From Phyllobates terribilis (taxonomy: Eukaryota), in contig NW_027362768.1 of the NCBI RefSeq assembly GCF_046119375.1, positions 146,816,001 through 146,880,000 of the forward strand: DNA of 64,000 nucleotides. The letters run 5' to 3'. Shown here in pieces: positions 1-10,720 of the stretch. Under the pieces are notes generated by a model, which worked only from the letters and a program-made list of their open reading frames with translations, did no database searches and was not told the origin of the DNA. Within the stretch, counting starts at the first letter, position 1. Each line of letters opens with the position of its first letter. A program made the translations under genes and the position numbers.

Positions 1-59
1 GTTTCTGTCATTTTCCGCTCCGTTTACCATGTACTTAGTGGTCGATGTAGCAGCAGTGC

Positions 60-860
60 TTGTGTTCTGTCCACTACCCAGTGAGTCCGAAACACCGTAT
101 ACCATGTGTCTCATTGTTGATTGCAGCAGCGGTACATGTCTCCTGTCCACTATCCAGTGAGTCAGACGCACCATCTACCACGTATCACATAATTGATTGC
201 ATATCCAGTGAATCAGACGTACCACCTACCACGGGCCCAACGGTTGATTGCTGCAGGTCTACATTTCCTGTCCACTATCCAGTGAGTCAGACCTACCATC
301 TACCACAGGCCCAGTGGTTGATTGCTGCAGAGGTCTACGTTTACTGTCCACTATCCAGCGAGGCAAATGTACCATCTACCACGGGCCCCGCGGTTGATTT
401 CAGCAGAGGTCCACGTTTCCTGTCCACTTTCCAGTGAGTCAGACGCACCATCTACGTTTGTCCACTATCCTGTGATTCAGATGCGCCTTGGGTCGTCTGC
501 AGCAGCAGTACTAGGGTTCTGTCCCAAATTCTGGTGAGTCAGACGCAACGTCTACCATGTACCTGACAGTCAATTGCAGCAGCCGCTTACGTTTCTTTAT
601 GTTCACTATCCAGTGAATCACACGTGCCTTGTGATCAACTGCAGCAGCGGTACTAGGGTTCTGTCCGCTATCAGGTGAGTCAGACGCACCTTCTACCACG
701 TACCTCACAGTCATTTGCAGCAGCGGTCCACTTTCCTGTTTCTTATACAGTAAGTCACATGCACATCCACCACATGCCTAATGGTTGATTGCACCAGTGT
801 TCACGTTGTGTCCACCATACAGTTAGCTACACACACACATCCACTTTCCGGTAGGTCCAA
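60..860. repeat. Degenerate ~76-bp minisatellite (core CCACTATCCAGTGAGTCAGAC)
   Basis: Core recurs about a dozen times, many at ~75-80 bp spacing (e.g. ~71, 146, 272, 348, 424, 523, 603, 664, 741). Confidence 0.8.
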
Positions 861-1008
861 TACACATCTATCATGTACCAGATGACCAGTTGCAGTATTC
901 TACCACGTACCTCACCCTATGTCGGTTGCGCCCCTGATGCCTTCCTTATCATGCAATTATCGTATCTATGGCCAGTAGCACTAGCCAGTGAGTTAGTCCT
1001 ACCATATA

Positions 1009-2540
1009 CACTGTGCGCAGAATTATTAGGCAAGTTGTATTTTAGAGGATTATTTTTATTATTGATCAACAACTATGTTCTCAATCAACCAAAAAGACTC
1101 ATAAATATCCAAGCTTAATATTTTTGGAAGTTGGAGTGTTTTTTTTTTAGATTTGGCTATCTTAGGAGGATATCTGTTTGTGCAGGTAACTATTACTGTG
1201 CAGAATTATTAGGCAACTTAATAAAAACCAAATATAATCCCATCTCACTTGTTTATTTTCACCAGGTAAACCAATATCAGTGCACAAAATTTAGAAATAA
1301 ACATTTCTGACATGCAAAACAAAAACCCAAAAAATTAGTGATCAATATAGCCACCTTTCTTTATGATGACACTCAGCAGCCTTCCATCCATAGATTCTGT
1401 CAGTTGCTTGATCTGTTTTCGATCAACATTGCGTGCAGCAGCCACCACAGCCTCCCAGACACTGTTCCGAGAGGTGTACTGTTTTCCCTCCCTGTAGATC
1501 TCACATTTTATGATGGACCACAGGTTCTCTATGGGGTTCAGATCAGGTGAACAAGGGGGCCATGTCATTATTTTTTCTTCTTTTAGACCTTTACTGGCCA
1601 GCCACGCTGTGGAGTAGTTGGATGCATGAAAATCATGTTTTTCTTGAACGATACCGACTTCTTCCTGTACCACTGCTGGAAGTTGTCTTCCAGAAACTGG
1701 CAGTAGGTCTGGGAGTTGAGCTTCACTCCATCCTCAACCCGAAAAGGTCCCACAAGTTCATCTTTGATGATACCATCCCATACCAGTACCCCACCTCCAC
1801 CTTGCTGGCGTCTCGGAGTGGAGCTCTCTGCCCTTTACTGATCCAGCCTCTGGCCCATCCATCTGGCCCATCAAGAGTCACTCTCATTTCATCAGTCCAT
1901 AAAACCTTTGAAAAATCAGTCTTAAGATATTTCTTGGCCCATTCTTGACGTTTTATCTTATGTTTCTTGTTCATATGTGGTCGTTTTTCAGCCTTCCTTA
2001 CCTTGGCCATGTCCCTGAGTATCGCACACCTTGTGCTTTTTGATACTCCAGTAACGTTGCAGCTCTGAAATATGGCAAAACTGGTGGCGAATGGCATCTT
2101 GGCAGCTTCACGCTTGATTTTCCTCAATTCATGGGCAGTTATTTTGAGCCTTTTCTGGCCAACACGCTTCTTGCGACCCTGTTGGCTTTTTGCCATGAAA
2201 CGCTTGATTGTTCGGTGATCACGCTTCAAAAGTTTGGAAATTTCAAGACTGCTGCTTCCCTCTGCAAGACATCTCACAATTTTGGACTTTTCAGAGCCCG
2301 TCAAATTTCTCATCTGACCCATTTTGCCAAAGGAAAGGAAGTTGCCTAATAATTAAGCACACCTTATATAGGGTGTTGATGTCATTAGTCAACACCCCTC
2401 CTCGTTACAGAGATGCACATCACCAGATTTACTTAATTGGTAGTTGGCTCTCAAGACTATGCAGCTTGGAGTAGGACAACATGTATAAAAAGTATCATGG
2501 GATCAAAATACGCATTTGCCTAATAATTCTGCACACAGTG
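1009..2540 (-). mobile_element. Tc1/mariner DNA transposon, IR/DR type, defective
   Basis: TA at 1007-1008 and 2541-2542; terminal IR CACTGTG(C/T)GCAGAATTATTAGGCAA; inner repeats at ~1196 and ~2341; broken transposase on minus strand. Confidence 0.92.
1335..2322 (-). pseudogene. Tc1 transposase pseudogene (frameshift and internal deletion)
   Basis: MGQMRNLT... HTH region, WTDE, WPPCSPDLNPIENLW split over ORFs 1723-2322 and 1335-1673; QDNAP motif missing. Confidence 0.9.
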
Positions 2541-2689
2541 TAGTATCTACATGGCTAACGGCAGCAGAATTTTTTGTGGTGTTCTGTCCATTTCCTAGTG
2601 AACCGATATAAGCAAACAGATTTTTCTATATAACAATTAACAATTCTTTATTTCAAATATGATTAAAAACAATGAACAATAAAAAAAAG

Positions 2690-3360
2690 CATGAGTCTGG
2701 ATCCGCTCTAGAATTCTGGACGCATATTGCAAAGGAACAGATGTCCTTTTCTTCCTTCGTGCTCTCTTCATCTAGGGCCAAGGGCCTCCTTGCACCATCA
2801 ATCATCAGGCCTCTATTAGTAGCTTTCTAACCTGTCTTTTCTGAGTTGTCTTACAGAATGCTCTTTCGTTCGCCTCCGTGGCGCTTTCGGGCCTGGGCTG
2901 AAATGTTTTGCATACTACAGTGGCCGGTCTCAGACCTGGGATTCTCGCCTCTGCTATTGTTTTTGATTAGTTCTTGTTTGTCTTCCCACCCTTGGGGACT
3001 GCTTTGGGACGTCCCATGGTTTCCTGTCTCCCCCAATGAAGTGATAGAGAAAAGAAGATTGTGGGTTCTTACAGCAAAATCTCTTTCTCTGAGCCTTCAT
3101 TGGGGGACACAGCACCTGCCCTTTTCTAAATGCTTCTGTTGGGCCAGTCTGTGTTCTTTTTCAGGTTGCTTCTCCTACTGCTTTTACACTAACTGATCGG
3201 TTTGGCTCCGGTTGGTGGGTGTATACTACTGAGGAGAAGCTAACTTTTTTTATTGCATAGTGTCAGCCTCCTAGTGGCAGCAACATACACTGATGGTTTC
3301 CTGTGTCCCCCACTGAAGGCTCTGAGAAAGATTTTACGGTAAAAACCCAAAATCTTGTTT
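2690..3360 (+). mobile_element. DIRS1-type retrotransposon 3' remnant (YR tail, ICR, right ITR)
   Basis: Degenerate WIRSRILDAY YR segment, ICR-like 3015-3118 and ITR 3190-3360 resembling the termini of the 6227-11835 element. Confidence 0.75.
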
Positions 3361-3894
3361 TGCCCTCCTTTTGGATCCTGTAAAGCCAGAGCTGTCAATT
3401 AAGGAATAAGATGGTGGAAATAGATGGGAAACAAATGGGTAAGATCGTGCACTGAACTACTCCGTCACACCAAGGGTGCACCGAGACCTTGTGCTTAGTT
3501 TTAAAAGTCATTCTGCATTGACCGATCTCCCCTTTGTGGCGCTTATGCTCATTGCATTACATGGCCAGTCATCCTACAACATAAATAAGTGGTCTCCTAC
3601 ACAGTGTAGGTGAGCTATGCCTTACTAGGGATGTCAGTGTCAGTATCCTGATGTTAGAAAATGTGGGAATTTTTTTGTGTAACTAGTAACCATACTATAG
3701 AATGTATATATTTAGTAGAAAAACCACAGCAATCACAGACATGGAATTATACAAGAAAATGTATCATGTGAATATACTCTCTACCAAGGTACTAGCCCAA
3801 GTCATAGGCCGTTAAAGGGAATGTGTCACCCCCCTGAGCGATATCAGACCTCTACTATGGCCATACAGGTGAGAGATTTACTTTTCTATACATA

Positions 3895-4388
3895 CAGTAC
3901 AGACCAAAAGTTTGGACACACCTTCTCATTTAAAGATTTTTCTGTATTTTCAGGACTATGAAAATTGTACATTTACACTGAAGGCATCAAAACTATGAAT
4001 TAACACATGTGGAATTATATAGTTAATAAAAAAAGTGTGAAACAACTGAAAATGTCTTATATTCTAGGTTCTTCAAAGTAGCCACCTTTTGCTTTGATGA
4101 CTGCTTTGCACACTCTTGGCATTCTCTTGATGAGCTTCAAGGGGTAGTCACCGGAAATGGTCTTCCAACAATCTTGAAGGAGTTCCCAGAGATGCTTAGC
4201 ACTTGTTGGCCCTTTTGCCTTCACTCTGCGGTCCAGCTCACCCCAAACCATCTCGATTGGGTTCAGGTCTGGTGACTGTGGAGGCCAGGTCATCTGGCGT
4301 AGCACTCCACCACTCTCATTCTTGGTCAAATAGCCCGTACACAGCCAGGAGGTGTGTTTGGGGTCATTGTCCTGTTGAAAAATAAATG
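3895..4388 (-). mobile_element. Truncated Tc1 element (one TIR plus transposase C-terminus)
   Basis: TA then CAGTACAGACCAAAAGTTTGGACACACC; ORF 4057-4329 with WPPQSPDLNPIEMVW, near-identical to the 40672-42295 copy. Confidence 0.9.
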
Positions 4389-6657
4389 CTTTTCATCACT
4401 ATCAAAGCGAAAGTTTTCCTTCCAGAGAACAAAATGTCAGCTTTACAAACCGGCATTCAGTGTCTGAGCCATCCATCTCCCCTGCCGCACAAGAGTTCTA
4501 GGCAAGACGGTGCCGGCCATCAAGGCAATCCCATTTGCTCAGTTCCATACCAGGCTTCTACAGCTGGCTCTGCTTTCCATTGGGACAAGTCTGTCCTCAC
4601 TCTCAAATACCCGATCAGTCTCTGATCTCGTGGCGGGGCTCTTCCCTCATTCTTAGACATTTCTTCCTCCGAATTCATTGGCAGAGTAATTATTGACGCT
4701 AGTCTTCATTGCTGAGGCGTAGTGTTCTGGAAATTAACGTTGTAGGGTCAGAGGAAGAGACACAAAGTCCTTATTTCCATCAATGTCATAGAACTCCGTG
4801 CAATTTTTCTCTCATACATTAGCAGCACTAGCTTTTGGGTCTCCCAATCTAAATTCATTCCAACAAAGCCACCGCCGTGGCTTACATCAACCATCAAGAA
4901 AGAACTCTGAGATCCATTGTCAACTCAGATTCTGGATTGGGTGGAAAAATCCCAGCAACTTACATTCCAGGAGTAGACAACTGTGCCATGGACTTAAGTT
5001 CTGAAGGATCAACCATGAGAGTGGTCACTGCACCCGACAGTCTTCGATCAGATCGGCCTATAGTGGGACACTCCAGATATGAACCTGATGGCATGCAGAC
5101 ACAATAACAAGGTTCCTCGGTTTGTGGCCAGAGCTTGCTACACTCTAGCGATTGCCTCGATGTATTGGCTATTCATCGATCTCAGGTTTCCCTCGTCTAC
5201 CCCTCATACTCAAGAAGATCAAGTTGGAAGACATCCCAGTTATCGTCATGGCCCAGAAGATCATCGTACACGAAAGTGGTCAACCTCCTCGTAGACATTT
5301 CGTGAAGATTTCTGGATCGACCAGACCTACTCTTCTAAAGGTCCCCTTTCACCTAGATTCTCGGTAACTCAAATGATCAAGGCACGGAAGTCATCCTCGT
5401 CTCATACCTACCATCGTACCTAGAAGACCTTGTTCCTCTGGTGGGAATCTCACAAGGTCTCCCCTATGTTTTTTTTTCTCTACCATCTTTATTAGCATTT
5501 ATGCATTTGGGTCTTGAGCCTGGCTTAGCCATCAGCTCCTTCAAGGGCCAGGTCTCAACCCAGTCAATTCTTTTTCAGAAAAACCTCAAATTAGGGCTTT
5601 TCTTTAGGGTGTGGCCTACTCCATTCCCACACCTTACCAGCCTCCCTTAGATCCCTGGGACCTTAACTTGGTGCTTAGCGCTTTAGTGTCATATCTCAGA
5701 ACTAATGCACAGTATTTAACCACTCTGGGTTTCCTAGAAGGTGGCGTTCATTATTGCCATCACTTCCATCAGACAAGTATCAGAACTCGTGGCCCTTTCC
5801 TTCCACTTTCCGTTTGTAGTTCTTCACCTTGACAAGACGTTGCTTCCTGTTTCTTCCTTCCACTTTAATGAAGAGCTCATTCTGCATTTGCTCTGTCCTT
5901 CTCATTCTAATTCGGTGAAGAAATCCTTACTGTTTGGATCTGGTCCGAGCAGAGTATCACTACTGGATGATGACATCTTCTTTTAGATTTCCCATTTATC
6001 ATTCCAGAAGTACCTTGTCGAGGGCTCTAAGACGACCATTGCCGGATGGATTCAGCCTGCCTTTCTGAAAGCTTATAAAGCCAAGAACAAAGTGCTGCCG
6101 AGGGGTGTCAAGGCTCATTCCACTCGCACAATTGGGTCTCCTGGGTTGTAAACCATAATGCCTTGACTTTACAAAGCTGCTACAGCATCCAAACTTTCAC
6201 CTCGGCAAATGCAAGTCTGGGCAAAAAAAGAGGGATTTTTGGTACTCACCGTAAAATCTCTTTCTTGGGAGTCTTCATCGGGGGACCATGGGTGTATGCT
6301 GCTGTCGCTAGGAGGTTGACACTAGGCTAAAAAAAGGAAAATAGCTCCTCCTCCGCAGTGTGCACCCACCTACAGGCACCAAGCTCACCAGTTAGTGTCT
6401 AAAGCAGTAGGAGAAGCATAAAATAACCAACTATGCAATGACCAACAGGGCACAACCGTGAAAACTAAATGAGATGCCCAACAGGGCCAACTGGACATAT
6501 GTCAGAAAACAGGGAGGGTGCTGTGTCCCCCAATGAAGGCTTCAAGAAAGATTTTACGGTGAGTACCAAAAATCCCTCTTTCTCTATCGCTTCATTGGCG
6601 GACACAGGACCATGGGACGTCCCAAAGCAGTCCCCTGGGTGGGAGAACAGAAGATAG

Positions 6658-7714
6658 TCACAGACTAGGGCAGACTGCGGCACTGCCGCCTGCAGGACCT
6701 TCTGTCCAAGACTGGCATCAGCCGAAGAATAAGTGTGGACCTTGTAAAACCTTGAAAAGGTGTGAAGTGAAGACCACGTTGCGGCCTTACAGATTTGAGA
6801 GGCCGAAGCCTGATGGCGGACCGCCCAAGAGGCCCCCCACCGCCCTGGTGGAGTGAGCCCTTACTCCCAGAGGGGGAGGTTTGCCCGAGATGCGATGTGC
6901 CTCCAAAATGGTCGAACGTATCCAACGGGCGATGGTTGACTTGGAAGCAGGGAGACCCTTGCGATGCCCCTCAGGGATGACAAAAAGGGCATCCGAGCGC
7001 CGAAGGGAGGCCGTTCTAGAAAAGGTACACACGTAGAGCTCTGACCAGGTCCAGTTTGTGCAGGGACTTCTCCCGTGGATGCACTGGACAGCAGGGCAAA
7101 AGGAAGGCAAAACGATGTCCTCATTAATGTGAAAAGCGGTAACCACCTTTGGCAAAAAGGAAGGCACCGGCCTGAGCACTACTTTGTCATGATGGAATAC
7201 CAGAAAAGGCGACCGACAAGAGAGGGCTGCGGTTCTGCGACCCTTCTTATAGAGGTAACAGCCACCAGAAAAGCCACCTTCCAGGAAAGGAGAGAGGCTG
7301 GAATGTCCTGAATGGGTTCAAATGGAGGCTGTTGTAGGACGCTTAGGACCATATTAAGGCCCATGGTTCCACTGGAGGGCGATAAGGGGGGGCGCCAGGT
7401 AGGCCACCTCTTGTAGAAACGTCTTGACCTGAGGAAGGCTAGCTAAGTTACGTTGGAATAGAATGGACAAGGCCAAAACTTGACCCTTGAGAGTGCTGAG
7501 AGAGAGTCCCGCCTCTAGGCCAGACTGAAGAAAAGCCAAAATGACTGGCAAAGAAAAAGACATGAGTCAGCTGATCCCGTTCACAGTGACGAAAAAAGGC
7601 TCTCCAAGTCCTGTGGTATATGCGCGAGGTAGCGGGTTTTCTGGCGTTAATTAGGGTCTGAATGACATGGTCAGTAAAGCCCGCCGTCTTCAACACCACG
7701 GCCTCAATGGCCAT
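6658..7714 (-). pseudogene. DIRS tyrosine recombinase (frameshifted)
   Basis: MAIEAVVLKTAGF..., TSIRRVAE, AHSTRAVG, AATWSSLHTFSRFY...DASLGQKVLQAAV. Confidence 0.88.
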
Positions 7715-7724
7715 ACCATTAAAT

Positions 7725-9240
7725 TCAGAGAACGAGAACTCTGATGAAGAATAGGACCCTAAGAGAGGCGGTCCGGACGGTCTTGTAGTCTCCAGTGGGG
7801 AGTCGACAAGCAGATTCACCAGATCTGCGTACCAGACGCGTCTGGGCCAATCTGGGGCTATTAGGAGAACTGGTACTCCCTCTGTCTTGACCTTTTTGAT
7901 GACTCGAGGGATCAAAAGGTAGAGGTGGAAAGAGATAGGGCAGTTGGAACTGTGACCATGATATGACTAGCGCGTCCTGGGCGATTGCTAGCGGATCGCG
8001 GGACCGAGCTACAAAGGACGGAACCTTGTGGTTTAACCGGGACACCATGAGGTCGACGTTCGGCGTGCCCCACCGTAAGCAGATTTGGTGAAACGCCTCA
8101 GGATGGAGAGACCATTCTCCTGAGGCGAGGCCCTGCCGACTGAGGAAGTCGGCCGCCCAATTGTCGACCCCTGGAATGTGGACTGCTGAGATTGCCGGGA
8201 CCGTCTTCTCGGCCCAAAGTATCACTCTTGCCACCTCTTTTAAAACGGGCTTGCTGCGCGTTCCTCCCTGATGGTTTATGTATGCCGTGGCACTGTCCGA
8301 TTGTACACGGACTGGGAACCCTGGCAGGATCTCCTGCCAGTGACGCAACGCCAGGTAAATCACCCTTATCTCCAGAATGTTGATGGGAAGGGAGACTTCG
8401 TGGGGACTCCACCGGCCCTGGACCGTGTGTAGTAGAAAAACTGCCCCCCACCCCATGAGACTGGCATCGGTCGTGACCACCTGCCAGCGGTCGTGACCAC
8501 CTGCCAGCGAAGCGGAAGGAATGATCTCCCGGGTCTGAAGGAAGGAGGGTGGGACCACCAGGTTAGCGACCATCTTACTTGACGAGGCAACTTGATGCGT
8601 CGATCTAGAGATGACGGATTTTTGTCCCAAGCTGAGAGAAGGGCTAGTTGACGAGGCCGGGTATGGAACTGGGCAAACGGAACTGCCTGCAAGGAGGACC
8701 CGGGCACGGGTCGTGTCGAACTGCATCCCTAGGAAGGTTAAGCGTTGGGATGGGACCAGGGAGGATTTGTCTGTGTTGATCAGCCAGCCTTGTGATGCAC
8801 AGATTGGGATGTGAAGGTACGCATCCTGAATGTCCACTGAACATAGATATTCCTCAGTTTCCCGACCTGAGGGACTCCATCCTGATCTGTCGGATGCGTA
8901 CATGTCGGTTTTGCTGTTTGAGGTCCAGAATCAGACGTAGTGAGCCGTCCTTTTTTGGGACGACGAAGAGGTTTGAGTAAAAACCGTAAAACCTTTCCTG
9001 AAAGGGAACCGGGACTATGACTCCTGAGCGCAGAAGGGAGGCGATGGCTTGAAGGAAACCGAGAAGCAGAGATGGTTGAGGGGGGCGGAACCTGAGAAAA
9101 CGTGATCGTGGGCTGGAGTTGAACTCGATCTTGTAGCCGGAAGTAACAATCTCCTTGACCCAGGCATCCTCTATTACCAAGAGCCAAGAATCTTGGAACA
9201 GGAGACGGCCGCTCACCCTGGGAGAGGTCCCAGGTGGGAG
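7725..9240 (-). pseudogene. DIRS pol (RT, RNase H, methyltransferase-like), disrupted
   Basis: VSGRLL..., GFYSNLFVVPKKDGSLRLILDLK, SVDIQDAYLHIPI, VTTDASLMGWGA, AYINHQGGTRS, VDLMVSR, YLFPP. Confidence 0.9.
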
Positions 9241-9299
9241 TGACCCGTTATGCTGAGGAAAACCTGTTGGATCGTGATCCAGTGTACTTGGAAGAGCGA

Positions 9300-10720
9300 C
9301 CCTTTGGGCGCCAGTTAGGTGTGGGCCCGTCCCTGTCCCGCTGTGCTGGAGTACGGTCCTATTGAGAGGAGGGGTTCGGTTGAGCGAACTGACGAAAGGA
9401 CCGGAACTGAAGGGGGCGTCTCCTAGGAAGGGGGCGTCTCCTAGGAAGGGGGCGTCTCCTAGGAAGGGGGCATCTCCTAGGAAGCGGGCATCTCCTAGGA
9501 AGGGGGCGTTTGGATCTGGGCTAGGGGAGAGAGGTGCTCTTACCCCCCGTAGCATCAGAGATGATCTGGTCTAGCTTGGATGCAAACAGCCTGGAGCCTT
9601 GAAAAGGAAGATTAGTTAAGATCTTTTGGAAGCCGGGTCAGCACTCCAAGCCTTAAGCCAAAGAATTCTACGCAAGGCAACGAGATTGCTGGAAACCCAG
9701 GCTGAGCATGCAGCGGATATCCCTGCATGGACGATTTGATCTGCTAAGTCGGCCAGATCGTCCGGGGAGACTCCTGCTAGGATGCCCTGTTTGAGCTGTT
9801 TGGCCCATGTGGACACCGCTTTTGATACCCAAGTTGAGACAAAGGAAGGGCAAAGGGCGGTGCCCGCAGCCTCAAAGGCCAACTTAGTGAGGGCCTCAAC
9901 CTGTCTATCCGTGGTATCCTTAAGGGAGGAACCGTCCGGAAGAGACAGTACAGTCTTGGCCGAAAGGCGAGAGACGGGAGGATCTAAAGATGGGGACTCA
10001 GTCCATTTGCTGACAAGGTCACGGTTAAAGGGGTATAGGATGTTTAACTGTTTCTTTCCTGTAAAGCGCTTTTCAGGATGCTCCCACTGCTTCTGAAAGA
10101 CACAGTCAAATTCTGCATGGTTAGAAAAAGTGCATGCAGGGCGCTTAATTTTTTTGAACGGAACTGAGTAGTCCTGAGAAGGGGTCTCGTCTTCTCTAAC
10201 ATGCAGAGTCTGATTGACAGCCGTAATAAGGTTGTCAATCGTGTCCTGGATCCTTGAATACTGGTCTGAGTCGGAACCAGAGTCTGAATCCGATGCAGTG
10301 CTAGATCCCTGGGCGACCTCCGGGGAAGAGGTGTGAGACGCAGGGAGCATCTTGGAGTCTGGAGAGCTGGAGGATGAGCTTGTGCGAGTCCGTTTCTGAG
10401 AACGTGCCGTCAGTCTGCCCCTGTGAGGAGGGGGCAGGGGTGCTTGCAAATCGTCTGTGGGGACATTCGGAGCACTGGTGGCCGTGGATAACATAGGCAA
10501 ACGTTCTGGCAAGCGTTCCAAGACCTGCACCAGAGATTGAGAAACCCTGGTGAGGTCAGAGACAGACTGGGACATAGCAAAGCCCACTCCGGAAGGGAGG
10601 GAGTTCCTTTGTCCTGGGCGGCGGGGGGATCCTGGGGTGCTAGCATGGCGGGAGGTTTGCAGGTCGAGCAGAAGGCTGTAGTGAGACCCGCGGGCCACTT
10701 AGTACCGCAAAGAGTACAGG
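9300..10720 (-). pseudogene. DIRS ORF1 (gag-like), frameshifted
   Basis: ORF 9616-10698 with WTESPSLDPPVSRLS, homologous to ORF 29113-30420; N-terminal CxxC-x12-CxxC in a neighbouring frame. Confidence 0.8.
9409..9508. repeat. 18-bp tandem repeat GAAGGGGGCGTCTCCTAG x5.5
   Basis: Directly visible, inside DIRS A. Confidence 0.95.

Noticed and set aside
60-860. Relationship between the 76-bp minisatellite and the 40-bp satellite
   Set aside because: Only TCCACTATC is shared; too short to infer common origin.
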